This document shows positions 6,600-17,214 of a stretch of 64,000 nt of DNA, piece after piece. Every line of letters begins with the position of its first letter. The stretch's first letter is position 1. Below the pieces are notes generated by a model. It was not told where the DNA came from, did no database searches, and saw only the letters and a program-made list of their open reading frames with translations. Source of the DNA: Eubacteriales bacterium (GTDB lineage Bacteria > Bacillota > Clostridia > Oscillospirales > CAG-272). The stretch covers positions 5,576 through 69,575 of the forward strand of contig JAZQKP010000016.1 in assembly GCA_045542275.1 (NCBI GenBank), in the 5' to 3' direction. Made by a program: the position numbers and the translations under genes.

Positions 6600-9500
6600 T
6601 TATATTTCCACCTCCACATTTTTCGCCAGCGGTACTGAGTAGATAATAACCCTGTCAATAGGTCTTTCAAACATCATTTCGCAAGCTTTTTTGTAATACG
6701 TAAGCTGATTTTTGTGACGGGCAAGCAGCTCCTCCCTGTAATTTTCGGATGATACCCTATCCGTCTTGTAGTCTACAAGGACCAGCTTACCGTCCTTGGT
6801 TTCATAGATACAGTCTGTAACGCCCTGTACAAGCACTCTTTCCTTTTCAAGCTTCGGCTCATCTGTCAGCTCCTTAGCCGGCAGCATTACGTTAAAGCGA
6901 AATTCTCTTATAACTTGCTTAGCGTCCGAAAGAGCCTTAAAAAGCTCAGAGCCTATAAAGGCATCTATGTGCTTAAGGTTTACAAGGTCTTTTACTCTTG
7001 CTGAAATAAAGCTGCCTTCATACAGTCTTTCAAGCTCAGCAAGGCTGCCCTTTTCCTTAAGGCAATCAAGGTCGCAAAACTGCATAAACAGGTGTGTTGC
7101 CGTGCCTCTTTCTGCTCCTGTTGAAGCATCCCCCTTTTCGTTAAGAAAATCGGGCATTATATCAAGAGATATATTCTGCTCAATCTCCTCATTATCCTCG
7201 CTGTCAAGGACACGGGGATAAAGGTCGGACACGGATAGCTTTGAGGGGAGCTTATTTAAATACTCATACTCATAGCGAAAATCAAAGCGCTTTCTTAAAA
7301 TCGCCTCAACCCTGTCAACCTCTGCCTTATCATAATACAGCTTATTTTCTCTTGTGTCAAGGACTTTATTTTCGTCCTCCTCATCTTCTATAATATGCAA
7401 ATCCGCCTTGCTCATATCCGTTGCCCAAGCGCCTACTATCCAATCAATATGGCTCATTGCCTTGATTATGGAATAGGGGGATGCGTTGCCACTGCTCTTG
7501 GACCTTTCTCTTACAAGTCTGCTTACATCGCCTAAGGATGCAGTAACTATCATCTTCTGTCTTGCACGGGTAAGGGCAACGTAAAGAATACGCATTTCCT
7601 CCTCCACACCTGCCTTATCAACGGCAAGGGCTGTGCATTTACGCATTAAGGTATCATACTTTGCGTATCCGTCCTCACGGTACAGATATCCGCACACGCC
7701 AAGGCTTCTTTCAAATAAAAGGGGAGAGGAGTTGTCCATTTTGTTAAACTGCTTCCCTGCCTCACAGAGAAAGCATATTTCAAACTCCAAGCCCTTTGAT
7801 GCGTGAATAGTCATAATTCGCACGTTATCTGACAGGCTTTCCCGTACCTCTTCCTTGTCATTTTGTGCAGAAACCCTGTCTACGTACCTGAGGAAAGAGC
7901 TAAGTCCCTTATAGGAATTGCCCTCATAGGACCTTGCAGCGTCATATAGCTTAAGAAGATTTTTTCTTTCTCCTCTTGTTGCTGAGGCAAGAATACCTGC
8001 ATCGGTATAAAGCATGGAAATTATCTCGTGTGTAGGCAATTTGGGACACTCTGTACGGTATTTTTCTGTTTTTTCAAAAAATCTACACAGCTTTTTTGAA
8101 ATCTCCTCATCTCCGTCATAACGTCTGCACGCCTCATAAAGAGACGGCGCATCCTTGGAATAGCGCTTAATATCAACCACATCTGCAAGAGAAAGGTTGA
8201 AAATCGGGGAGCGCAGCGCTCCTGCCAGATATACATCACGTGAGGGATTGTCTATAACGTTAAGCAAGCAAAGGACAAAAAGCACCTCGCTTCTTTCATA
8301 GAAGCAATCCTCGTTTACATATTCGCTGCGAATACCGTATTTTTTAAGTGCGTTAAGATAATCGTTAAGATTACGCAGACTACGCAGCATAATACAGATA
8401 TGCTCAGCCTTTATCTTTTCACCGCTTGGGAGGTAGCCCTCATCAAGCATAGTGCGTATCTTTTTGGCTACAAGCTCTGCCTCACGGTTTATTCCCTCTT
8501 CCTCATTATCAGACCTTGAAAGAAGATAAATTTCTGCTTTTTCGTACACTTCCCCGCCTGTTTTTGAGAAAATCAGCTTATCATCTGCTGAATACGGTAT
8601 ACCGTTTGAGTGCATAAAGGTGTAGTCGGACACCAGGTTTGCAAAGTCGATAACTCCCTTATCGGAACGGAAGTTATTTGACATAAACAGACTTGCGCCC
8701 TTGCCATTCTCGTGATAATCAATTGGGGTAAAGGTATTACGGTAATGGGCAAAAATCTCCGGCTCAGCCGAACGGAAGCGATAAATACTCTGCTTAATAT
8801 CGCCAACCATAAATCTGTTATGATTTGAAATAGCGGAGAAAATCTTATCCTGTACGGAGTTTGTATCCTGATACTCGTCTATATAGATTTCGTCGTATTT
8901 TCTTCTGAGCTCCTCTGCAACGGAGGACACCGTTCCGTCCTCATTGTAAAGAATTTTAAGTGCATAGCGCTCAATATCGTTAAAATCGCACACAGAGTGG
9001 GCTTTTTTCCGTCTTTCAAACTCATTTTCAAAGGTGCGAAGAACCTTGTAAATGGACTGACAGATTTTTCCGTTATGCAAAAATGCAGACCTTACAGCGC
9101 TTACCTCTGAGGAAAAATACTTGTCCCTGTAAGCTGCTATCGATTTTTTAAAGCTGTCTCTGTCTGCCTTGATGATGGCTACATCAACGGAGCATTCGCC
9201 CTTTGGAGAATAAAATCTTACAGGCTCATACTCATTAATAAGCTTTTTGATTCCCTCATAGGTAGGGCTCTTTAAAGCCAAGTCAAGACGGCTAAGGTAT
9301 TCTCTGTCGGAGTAAAGAGCATTTAAGGTCTTTACAGTAGCCACCTCTCCTTCGCACTCCTTACATGCTCTATTAAGGATTGCATTGTAATGGCTGACAA
9401 GCATATTAAGTCTTTCATAAAGCACCTTACCGTAGGCGCTGTCAAAGAAATCCCCGTCAAGCTCCCTGTTATTCAAAAGAAGCTCTATTGAAAGAGGGGT

Positions 9501-10046
9501 GGAAATCAGCTTTCTTCTAAGATCAAGCAATGATTTGGAAAGCGCCTCATCATCTCCCATATTACCGAAGCAATCGCTTACTACATAAAAATCCCTGTCG
9601 GGAGTGTCTGCCTCAGCAAACAGCTCAATAGTATCCTCCATCGCCTCCTTGCAAAGAAGGGCAATTTCGCTTTCCTCACCGATACGGAAGGCAGAATCAA
9701 TACCTACCTTATCAAAGTTAGGGCGCACTATCTTGATACAAAATGAGTCAATAGTGCAGATATCTGCGCTACCCACCTTAACTATCTGAGAGATAAGATG
9801 CTTATTCCCCTTATCCTCCTTAAGCTTTTTTGAAAGGGCAACACTTAGTCTTGTACGCAGCTCATTTGCCGCTGCCTTTGTAAAGGTTACAATAAGCATA
9901 CGGGAAATATCTGCGCCATTTTCTATTTTTTCTGTAATTCTTTTAATTAGAGTGGTAGTTTTACCGCTACCTGCGGCGGCGGAAACAATAAGGTCATCGC
10001 CTGAAAAATTTATAGCCTTAAGCTGCTCAGGTGTAAATGCCATCAT
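6600..10046 (-). CDS. addA: ATP-dependent helicase/nuclease AddA
   Basis: UvrD-like helicase N-terminus (FTPEQLKAINFSGDDLIVSAAAGSGKTTTL), DEYQDTN motif, and a C-terminal PD-(D/E)XK nuclease segment (VQGVTDCIY...VLVDYKTD). The ATG at 10046 overlaps the addB stop (ATGA). Confidence 0.9.
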   Translation of the reverse strand: MMAFTPEQLKAINFSGDDLIVSAAAGSGKTTTLIKRITEKIENGADISRMLIVTFTKAAANELRTRLSVALSKKLKEDKGNKHLISQIVKVGSADICTIDSFCIKIVRPNFDKVGIDSAFRIGEESEIALLCKEAMEDTIELFAEADTPDRDFYVVSDCFGNMGDDEALSKSLLDLRRKLISTPLSIELLLNNRELDGDFFDSAYGKVLYERLNMLVSHYNAILNRACKECEGEVATVKTLNALYSDREYLSRLDLALKSPTYEGIKKLINEYEPVRFYSPKGECSVDVAIIKADRDSFKKSIAAYRDKYFSSEVSAVRSAFLHNGKICQSIYKVLRTFENEFERRKKAHSVCDFNDIERYALKILYNEDGTVSSVAEELRRKYDEIYIDEYQDTNSVQDKIFSAISNHNRFMVGDIKQSIYRFRSAEPEIFAHYRNTFTPIDYHENGKGASLFMSNNFRSDKGVIDFANLVSDYTFMHSNGIPYSADDKLIFSKTGGEVYEKAEIYLLSRSDNEEEGINREAELVAKKIRTMLDEGYLPSGEKIKAEHICIMLRSLRNLNDYLNALKKYGIRSEYVNEDCFYERSEVLFVLCLLNVIDNPSRDVYLAGALRSPIFNLSLADVVDIKRYSKDAPSLYEACRRYDGDEEISKKLCRFFEKTEKYRTECPKLPTHEIISMLYTDAGILASATRGERKNLLKLYDAARSYEGNSYKGLSSFLRYVDRVSAQNDKEEVRESLSDNVRIMTIHASKGLEFEICFLCEAGKQFNKMDNSSPLLFERSLGVCGYLYREDGYAKYDTLMRKCTALAVDKAGVEEEMRILYVALTRARQKMIVTASLGDVSRLVRERSKSSGNASPYSIIKAMSHIDWIVGAWATDMSKADLHIIEDEEDENKVLDTRENKLYYDKAEVDRVEAILRKRFDFRYEYEYLNKLPSKLSVSDLYPRVLDSEDNEEIEQNISLDIMPDFLNEKGDASTGAERGTATHLFMQFCDLDCLKEKGSLAELERLYEGSFISARVKDLVNLKHIDAFIGSELFKALSDAKQVIREFRFNVMLPAKELTDEPKLEKERVLVQGVTDCIYETKDGKLVLVDYKTDRVSSENYREELLARHKNQLTYYKKACEMMFERPIDRVIIYSVPLAKNVEVEI

Positions 10047-13000
10047 TTCCTCCTTCTGCAAACTGCCCTGTTTGTACAGTAATCGCAAATGCTTCTGTTA
10101 TTTTCCATTTTGGGCTTTGCCGTGGCATCTCCCGATATCATGGCGCTGCCTATCTCATCAAGAGTAAGGGACAAATCCTCATAGATTTTTTCAAATTCCT
10201 CGTATGATGCAAAGGAGGACTTGCTTCTTGCATCGTGCTTAGGTAAAAATCTGCCCTTAAGCTCACTATCCTGTGCACGAAGAATTTCCACATCGTCAAG
10301 GTAGATACCGCTGCGTCTTATGCCCTCGGACACAGCAGACCTTTCTATACCGTCTGCCTCCTGACTATCAAGGTCGGTCTCCTTATCAAGCCTTGTCTTA
10401 TCAAGCTGTAAGGGGAAGTACATAATTCCTGCCGGCAAGATTTGTCCATTGTCTGCAAGCTTTGTCTTAAACTCGCACTCCCCCATTTTACAAAGGGAAT
10501 AAAGGTATATAAGCAGCTGGAGCCCCTTGCCCATTGAAATATCGGAAAGGGTAAATTTCTTACTGCCCGACTTATAGTCAACAACACGCACATAGGTGTT
10601 GCCGTCCTTTTTAAAGATGTCAACTCTGTCGCAGATGCCGTGAAGAGAAAGCTTGGCATTCTCTCCAACCTTGAAAAGCAAGGGGGGAACCTCACTGTTT
10701 TTCATTCCCATAGGCAATTCAAAATATTCGGGGGTAAACCGGCTTTGTGCAAGCTCGGAAACAAGCTCCTTAACAAAAATGTAAAGATTGCTACGAAGTC
10801 TTTCAATAAGCCTTGAAAGCTTTTTTGCCTTGTTTATACTGCAAAGGTAGCCTATCTGCTCCTCGATTATTTTATCCACCATTTCGTTGATTTCTATATC
10901 GGTAAGGGTATCAAGAGCCAGATTGCCCTCCTTTACCCTCTTTAAAAATCCCTCAAACACACTGTGGGTAAGTGTGCCTATAAGGTCCATACCAAAGGTG
11001 TACCTTTTTGCGCCCTTAAGACCTAAAAGGTAGTCGCAATAATATTTGAAATGGCACTTAACATAGGTTTCTATTCTTGACTGGCTAAGGCTTAAATAAT
11101 TTGTAAAGATGCGCCCAGCATCCTCCTTATCAAGACAAACCTCATCGTTTGTAAAGCCGCCGTTTTCGATTTTCTCACCGAGAATATTTGAAATTGCCTC
11201 TGTGGTGGGAGATTTTTCAAAGGAAAGATATTCTCTTGCTATATCCTCGGAATATATTCTTTCGTATAAGGGAAGTCTGCTTGTATCCGTAGGTGTAATT
11301 CCCGAAAGAAGCTCTTTTATACGTGTAAAGCCCATTGATGGCTCATTTTTTCCACCACGTATGCTGCTTTTCGGTGACAAAACCGTAATTCCCTCCGATG
11401 CAAGGGCAAGAGCATTTTTAAAATTAAGAAGCTCATCGTCCGACCTTACATCATTAAGTGAGGAAAGAATTATACCCATTGATTCAAGCTCTGTCTTATC
11501 CACATCGCTAAAGAAGCCGTCATCAGCTATATCGGCAGGGAAAGACCCTGCAGTTGCGCCTAAAACAAACACGTGTCCGATGTTTTTTGCGCGAATGCCC
11601 GATGCCTCGCCTACTGTAACCTTGTCCTCTCCTGTGGGGATAGAGCCGATAGATACGCCGTCAAGACCGTATCTTAATACAGATGCAAAATCCTCGGGGC
11701 TTAAAATGTCGTCGCCCATAATATCGTAAACCGTATCAAGGGTATTTATAAGCTTTGTATAAAGCTGGGAAATCTCTATTGCCTCATCCTTAGATGCGTT
11801 TTTTATTTCCTTATCCAGCTTTTCTTTTATTTTTAAGCTTTCAAGAAAGCTATAAAGGGCTTTAAGAAGCTCCTTACAGCTTAATTTTTTATCAAATGCA
11901 TCACGTAAGGGAGCAAGTGAGGTAAGCACCTTGTCTCTCGCCTCGTGAATTCTTGCAAGGGTGTCCATCTGCTGTATAGTGGGGCTTTCAACGTATCCGT
12001 CGGGATTGGCGCTCCAGTATTCGTCGCCCTCCACCTTTCGTCTGCCCTGTATATTCCAGCGATACATATATTCCTCAAGCTCATCTCCTGCACCCTTGTC
12101 AATATCAAGATATCCACTCTTTATAAAAGCTCCGATATCCTGTACCCCGTAGCTGTTAATTGACTCAAGAGCTGAGAAAATCATACGCACAAGGGGCTTT
12201 GACATAAGGCCTGTCTTATCGCTTAAAAAGAAGGGTATCTTGTATTTATCAAGAGCGAAATCTATAATTCCACGGTATGCCTCTGCATTACGCATTACAA
12301 CAGCAATCCGGGAATATCGGTAGCCCTTCCTTATAAGGCTACTGATTTTTGATGCTACATAATCACACTCATCAAACTCGTCCTCAGGCAAAATAAGCTC
12401 AATGTTTTCGTAATTATCCACACTCTGTGCGGAAAAATCCCAGATTTTATCGCAAAGCTCCTCTATTGCAGGGTTAGTATGCTGATAATCTCTTTCAAGG
12501 CTTATCTTGTTTATTTTAGTGCCAAGACGCTTTGCCATTTGCTCAAGCTGCTCGGCAGTCTTGCCTATTCTTGCGTACTGAAGAGGCTGCGCGTCAAGGG
12601 GCATATCAAGGGAAATTACCAGATTATCACACTGGGCTGCAATCTCATAAATTACCTTAAGCTGACCTCCCGTAAAGCCATAAAAGGAATCAATATAAAC
12701 ATTTGCGCCCTTAAAAAAGCTGTTTTCACGCAGCTTTTTAATAAGCATAAGTATATCGTCATAGGGATCCGAATAGCGCTCATATAGAATACGCTCATAT
12801 ACGCTGTTTACCAAAATCAAGTCCTTAAGCCTGTTACGTAGGCGAGGATTGTCCGTTTTTTCCATGGCATCAAGCAGCATATCCTCAGAAATATCGTAGG
12901 TCTTAAGCTCACCTATGGCATCAAGAAACATCTTAACAGCTGTACGCTCTCTGCCCTTTGCGATTCTGTATTCAAAAAGGCTCTCACGCACCTCGCAAAG

Positions 13001-13285
13001 CGCCCTGTACATAATAAGGCTTTTTCCGTTTTTAGTTATGTAGTTATATCTTAAGCCACCGTAAATACGGAACAGCTTATTTGAAAGACGGGTAAAGTTT
13101 ATAGCCTCGGTGTAAAGCTGTGCAGAGGGAGAAAGATATGCAGCAATATCCCTTTCGGAAATAACCGTCTTCTGCTCCGGCACTATAAGATAGGACTGCT
13201 TCTTATTTTCGCAATCCTTTTTTATCATTTCAAGAATACGGGTGCTTTTACCTGTACCCACCTTGCCGTATAAAACAGTAAGCAT
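10043..13285 (-). CDS. addB: ATP-dependent helicase/nuclease AddB
   Basis: 1080 aa. N-terminal P-loop YGKVGTGKST. C-terminal nuclease/Fe-S region (VVDYKSG...; CDYCTNRAVC). Lies immediately upstream of addA. Confidence 0.9.
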   Translation of the reverse strand: MLTVLYGKVGTGKSTRILEMIKKDCENKKQSYLIVPEQKTVISERDIAAYLSPSAQLYTEAINFTRLSNKLFRIYGGLRYNYITKNGKSLIMYRALCEVRESLFEYRIAKGRERTAVKMFLDAIGELKTYDISEDMLLDAMEKTDNPRLRNRLKDLILVNSVYERILYERYSDPYDDILMLIKKLRENSFFKGANVYIDSFYGFTGGQLKVIYEIAAQCDNLVISLDMPLDAQPLQYARIGKTAEQLEQMAKRLGTKINKISLERDYQHTNPAIEELCDKIWDFSAQSVDNYENIELILPEDEFDECDYVASKISSLIRKGYRYSRIAVVMRNAEAYRGIIDFALDKYKIPFFLSDKTGLMSKPLVRMIFSALESINSYGVQDIGAFIKSGYLDIDKGAGDELEEYMYRWNIQGRRKVEGDEYWSANPDGYVESPTIQQMDTLARIHEARDKVLTSLAPLRDAFDKKLSCKELLKALYSFLESLKIKEKLDKEIKNASKDEAIEISQLYTKLINTLDTVYDIMGDDILSPEDFASVLRYGLDGVSIGSIPTGEDKVTVGEASGIRAKNIGHVFVLGATAGSFPADIADDGFFSDVDKTELESMGIILSSLNDVRSDDELLNFKNALALASEGITVLSPKSSIRGGKNEPSMGFTRIKELLSGITPTDTSRLPLYERIYSEDIAREYLSFEKSPTTEAISNILGEKIENGGFTNDEVCLDKEDAGRIFTNYLSLSQSRIETYVKCHFKYYCDYLLGLKGAKRYTFGMDLIGTLTHSVFEGFLKRVKEGNLALDTLTDIEINEMVDKIIEEQIGYLCSINKAKKLSRLIERLRSNLYIFVKELVSELAQSRFTPEYFELPMGMKNSEVPPLLFKVGENAKLSLHGICDRVDIFKKDGNTYVRVVDYKSGSKKFTLSDISMGKGLQLLIYLYSLCKMGECEFKTKLADNGQILPAGIMYFPLQLDKTRLDKETDLDSQEADGIERSAVSEGIRRSGIYLDDVEILRAQDSELKGRFLPKHDARSKSSFASYEEFEKIYEDLSLTLDEIGSAMISGDATAKPKMENNRSICDYCTNRAVCRRRK

Positions 13286-13304
13286 ATTTTCTCCTTTCTC
13301 AGCA

Positions 13305-14132
13305 TTATTTCTTGCTGTTATCGTAAATTAAGGTGTTGCGTCTTATAACACCTCTGCCTCTCCACGAAAAGGGACGGGAAAGAAACTCCTCCTCGGACAT
13401 GTTATCAAGTGTAGCTGTATCAAGCTCCGTAATTATGCCCTCATCAAAATAGGAAATGGGAGTAAAGGACGCATTTTTTGTATACGGACAGGCATTTTGA
13501 CACACATCGCAGCCCCAGATGCTGCCGTTTTTCAGCATCATTTCTATTTCCCTATCTGTAAGCTCACCCTTTTTCTGTGTAATGGCAGAAAGGCATTCCG
13601 TCTTTGGACGGGGGTCCCTTTCGTCCATACAGTTAGAGGGGCATAGACGGGCGCAGGCACCGCAATTCATACACGTCCTAACACCTTTTTCTCTATATTC
13701 TTCAATTCCAAGCTCCCTTGGAGATAAATCCGTTATAATCTCGCAAAGAAAAACAAAGGACGAATATTTTTCGTTAATCAAAAGACCGTTTCTGCCGATA
13801 AAGCCAAGTCCACTTATACAGGCTGCATGGACCTCATCAATGGGAGAATGGTCGGCAAAAAGCTGAATTTTAGCCACAGGGTATCGGTTTTTTATATATT
13901 CAATAAGCTCTCTGCGTAAATTTTCCACATATTTGTGGTAATCTCTTACCGATGCATAGACCGACAGATTTTTCGGTTGATTTTTGCTCCTGTACGGGAG
14001 CAAAATCATAATTACGTTATCCTTTTCGCAAAATCCCTCTCTTTCAAGAAGGTATCTTTTTATTATCTTGCATCGGGAAAGAGGAACGTGGGCATAAAGC
14101 TCAATGCTTCTCTTTTCAAAAAAGCTCTTCAT
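13305..14132 (-). CDS. queG: Epoxyqueuosine reductase-like 4Fe-4S protein
   Basis: 275 aa with two ferredoxin-type cysteine clusters (CMNCGACARLCP, CDVCQNACPY) and a GLGFIGRNGLLIN...SFVFLCEIITDL segment typical of QueG. Confidence 0.65.
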   Translation of the reverse strand: MKSFFEKRSIELYAHVPLSRCKIIKRYLLEREGFCEKDNVIMILLPYRSKNQPKNLSVYASVRDYHKYVENLRRELIEYIKNRYPVAKIQLFADHSPIDEVHAACISGLGFIGRNGLLINEKYSSFVFLCEIITDLSPRELGIEEYREKGVRTCMNCGACARLCPSNCMDERDPRPKTECLSAITQKKGELTDREIEMMLKNGSIWGCDVCQNACPYTKNASFTPISYFDEGIITELDTATLDNMSEEEFLSRPFSWRGRGVIRRNTLIYDNSKK

Positions 14133-14554
14133 TCCTTATCCTCCGTATCCTTTTTCTTACGGAAGGTAATAAGCTTTGAAAAAACGTAGTTGAGGACTAA
14201 AATCACTACGCTGGAAATCGCCTTCATAAGATATTCGTTGCCACCGAGAGTATCTACAAAGAGTAAGATAAACAAAACTCCGAATACACCCGTTGCTACC
14301 CTTGAAAGAACAAAGGAGCAAAACTCCTTAAGAATATTCTTAGAGTGGTTTTCAAATACTAAAAGCTTATTTGTGGGATAAGCAAACAAAACAGCGCACG
14401 CCCAGGAAAGCGCCTCTGAAAGGGTGGCGTTCATATTAAACAGGCTTACAAAAAGGGCAAAGGTGCCGTAGGAAACAAGAGTAGTAAGTCCACCTACCAC
14501 AAGATACCAGAATATTTCCTTGTATTTTCTGTAAAGCTCAAATATTTTTTTCAT
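14129..14554 (-). CDS. GtrA-family membrane protein
   Basis: 141 aa with 4 predicted TM helices. The N-terminus FWYLVVGGLTTLVSYGTF and the C-terminus VLNYVFSKLITFRKK are typical of GtrA-like proteins. The stop overlaps the queG start. Confidence 0.7.
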   Translation of the reverse strand: MKKIFELYRKYKEIFWYLVVGGLTTLVSYGTFALFVSLFNMNATLSEALSWACAVLFAYPTNKLLVFENHSKNILKEFCSFVLSRVATGVFGVLFILLFVDTLGGNEYLMKAISSVVILVLNYVFSKLITFRKKKDTEDKE

Positions 14555-14601
14555 TATCCTACCCTTTTCCTTTTTGGCTTAGCCACGTATTTGCTAATAA
14601 T

Positions 14602-14630
14602 ATAATACTATACGCATCTTTTTTTGTCAA
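14602..14630 (-). promoter_or_regulatory. Candidate sigma-A promoter for the gtrA-queG-addBA operon
   Basis: On the reverse strand: TTGACA, a 17-nt spacer, then TATTAT, about 50 nt upstream of the gtrA-like start. Confidence 0.45.
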
Positions 14631-14695
14631 GTTAAAAGAATATGGCAATAATGCTTTTGTCCCGATTTCAGCCCTGTACCCTAAATATTTTATAC

Positions 14696-14724
14696 TTGAA
14701 AAATAAATTTTACTATGTTAAAAT
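14696..14724 (+). promoter_or_regulatory. Candidate sigma-A promoter for the topoisomerase B / tadA operon
   Basis: TTGAAA, a 17-nt spacer, then TAAAAT, about 30 nt upstream of the ATG at 14756. Confidence 0.4.
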
Positions 14725-14755
14725 AAATATGTTAGACTACTTACAGGAGGAAAAT

Positions 14756-16744
14756 ATGGCTACTAAACAGTATAATGACCAGACCATTACGTCCTTAAAG
14801 GGCGCTGACCGTGTGCGTAAACGCCCTGCGGTTATATTCGGCTCCGACGGACTAGAGGGCTGTCAGCACTCCTTCTTTGAAATACTATCAAACTCACTTG
14901 ACGAATCCCGTGAGGGCTACGGTAAGGTTATTACCGTTACGGTATACAAGGACCATACTATTGAGGTGGACGACCGTGGACGCGGTGTTCCCCTTGGATA
15001 TAACGAAAAGGAAAAGAGATATAACTGGGAGCTTATCTACTGTGAGCTTTACGCAGGAGGTAAGTATAACAATAACAGCGACAAGGGTGCGTACAAGTTC
15101 TCCCTTGGCTTAAACGGTCTTGGCGCCTGCGCTACCCAGTATTCCTCTGAGTTTATGGACGTGTATTCCTTTAAAAAGGATACTGTGTCCGAAATGCACT
15201 TTAAAAAAGGTAAGGCAAAGGGAGAGCTTAAGACTACTCCCATTGAGGATAAAAAGCTTCAGCGCACAGGTACTCTTACCCGTTGGCGCCCCGACATTGA
15301 GGTATTTACCGATATTAAAATCCCCGAGGAGCATTTTAAAGAGGTTCTTCATAAGCAGGCAGTTGTAAATAAGGGCGTTAAGCTTGTGCTTCGCTTCCAG
15401 AAGACAGAAACCAAGTTTGAAACTACGGAATATTACTACGAAAACGGTATTTCCGACTATATTCAGGAGATTACAAACGATAATACCCTTACTCCTCCCC
15501 TCCTTTGGACTATGGAGGCTAAGGGCCGTGACCGTGAGGATAAAGAGGACTACAGCCTTCAGGCTGAGATTTCCTTCTGCGTGTCAAACACCGTAAGCAA
15601 GCTTGAGTATTATCATAACTCCAGCTTCCTTGAGCACGGCGGCTCACCCGACAAGGCTGTTAAGCGTGCATTTACCACAGAGCTTGACAGATTTATTAAG
15701 GAAAGCGGAAAATACTCACGTAATGAATCAAGAATAACCTTTACCGATATTCAGGACTGTCTTGTTCTTATTATCAACAGTATTTCCACCCAGACCTCCT
15801 ACGAAAACCAGACTAAAAAGTCTATTACAAATAAGTTTATTGAGGACGCCCTTTGCGACTTTATGCGTAAAAAGCTCTCAATCTACTTTACGGAAAACTC
15901 AGCACAGGCAGAGCTTTTTGCTAATCAGGTGTTAGTAAACAAGCGCTCCCGTGAAAGAGCCGAAACAGCAAGACTTGACCTAAAGAAGAAGCTTGCCACC
16001 ACCACAGATTTTTCAAACAATGTGGAAAAGTTTGTTTCCTGTCGCTCAAAGGATATTAACAAGCGTGAGCTTTATATAGTTGAGGGTGACTCTGCCCTTA
16101 CCTCCTGTAAGCTTGGCAGAGATGCAGACTTCCAGGCGATTATCCCCGTAAGAGGTAAGACTCTTAACTGTCTTAAGAGCACCTACGACAAGATATTTAA
16201 AAACGATATTATCGTTGACCTTCTTAAGGTTATCGGCTGTGGCGCTGAGGTCAAGGCGAAGAAGGATGAGGTTTCCGCCTTTAACCTTGACAATTTAAGA
16301 TGGCGCAGAATTATAATCTGCACCGATGCCGACGAGGACGGCTTCCAGATAAGAACCTTGCTTCTTACTATGTTCTACCGTCTGTTGCCTACTCTTATTA
16401 AGGAGGGCAAGGTTTATATTGCCGAATCTCCTCTTTACGAAATCACAACCTCTAAGGATAAGATATACTTTGCCTACAGCGAGGCGGAAAAATCCAAGAT
16501 TCTTGATGAGCTTGGGGAGCAGAAATATACAATTCAGCGCTCCAAGGGACTTGGTGAAAATGAGCCTGAGATGATGTGGCAGACAACTATGAATCCCGAA
16601 ACACGCCGTCTTATTCAGGTAAATCCCGCCGATGAGGAACAGACAAGAATTATGTTTGAAACTCTGTTAGGTGACGATATTATGGCACGTAAGGAATTCA
16701 TCGCCCAAAACGGCGCAAAGTATATGGACCTTGCCGATATATGA
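14756..16744 (+). CDS. Type IIA DNA topoisomerase subunit B (GyrB/ParE family)
   Basis: ATG at 14756 follows AGGAGG; the listed start at 14642 runs into the promoter region. GHKL ATPase N-terminus (RKRPAVIFGS...EILSNSLDE), Toprim motifs (YIVEGDSALTS, IICTDADEDGFQI), C-terminal QRSKGLGE. Confidence 0.85.
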   Translation: MATKQYNDQTITSLKGADRVRKRPAVIFGSDGLEGCQHSFFEILSNSLDESREGYGKVITVTVYKDHTIEVDDRGRGVPLGYNEKEKRYNWELIYCELYAGGKYNNNSDKGAYKFSLGLNGLGACATQYSSEFMDVYSFKKDTVSEMHFKKGKAKGELKTTPIEDKKLQRTGTLTRWRPDIEVFTDIKIPEEHFKEVLHKQAVVNKGVKLVLRFQKTETKFETTEYYYENGISDYIQEITNDNTLTPPLLWTMEAKGRDREDKEDYSLQAEISFCVSNTVSKLEYYHNSSFLEHGGSPDKAVKRAFTTELDRFIKESGKYSRNESRITFTDIQDCLVLIINSISTQTSYENQTKKSITNKFIEDALCDFMRKKLSIYFTENSAQAELFANQVLVNKRSRERAETARLDLKKKLATTTDFSNNVEKFVSCRSKDINKRELYIVEGDSALTSCKLGRDADFQAIIPVRGKTLNCLKSTYDKIFKNDIIVDLLKVIGCGAEVKAKKDEVSAFNLDNLRWRRIIICTDADEDGFQIRTLLLTMFYRLLPTLIKEGKVYIAESPLYEITTSKDKIYFAYSEAEKSKILDELGEQKYTIQRSKGLGENEPEMMWQTTMNPETRRLIQVNPADEEQTRIMFETLLGDDIMARKEFIAQNGAKYMDLADI

Positions 16745-17196
16745 TAAGTGAGCTTGACATTTTATATATGAGGGAGGCGCTGAAGGAGGCGTGTCTTGCT
16801 GCCGAAAGCGATGAAGTGCCTGTTGGCGCAGTTATGGTGCGTGACGGTGAAATAATCGCAAGATCAAGAAACAGCCGTGAGGGAGATAAAAATCCTCTCT
16901 CCCACGCAGAAATAAAGCTGATTAACGACACGTGTCGGGCTTTAGGAGGCTGGCGACTGACAAGATGCACCCTTTACGTAACCCTTGAGCCCTGTCCTAT
17001 GTGTGCAGGGGCAATTGTAAATTCACGTATTGAAAGAGTAGTTTTCGGAGCATATGACGATAAGGCAGGAGCCTTTGGAACTATGCTTAATCTTACGGAG
17101 TATCCCCTCTATAAGCCTACGGTTGAGGGTGGGGTGCTTAAGGAGGAATGCGCTTCTCTTTTAACTGAATTTTTTAAGAAAAAAAGAAACAAATAA
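16741..17196 (+). CDS. tadA: tRNA-specific adenosine deaminase
   Basis: HAE...PCPMC zinc-binding CDA motifs (SHAEIKLI, TLEPCPMCAGAI). 151 aa. The start overlaps the upstream stop. Confidence 0.9.
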   Translation: MISELDILYMREALKEACLAAESDEVPVGAVMVRDGEIIARSRNSREGDKNPLSHAEIKLINDTCRALGGWRLTRCTLYVTLEPCPMCAGAIVNSRIERVVFGAYDDKAGAFGTMLNLTEYPLYKPTVEGGVLKEECASLLTEFFKKKRNK

Positions 17197-17214
17197 TTAA
17201 GGATAGGAGTACAA

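Noticed and set aside
14642-14755. N-terminal extensions given in the ORF track for several genes: 14642, 54691, 56903, 61577, 57863, 39967, 3505, 2707(-), 21266(-), 48602(-)
   Set aside because: In each case an internal ATG preceded by a strong GGAG-type RBS at proper spacing coincides with the conserved family N-terminus or signal peptide. The upstream extension also overlaps the previous gene, a repeat or a promoter.
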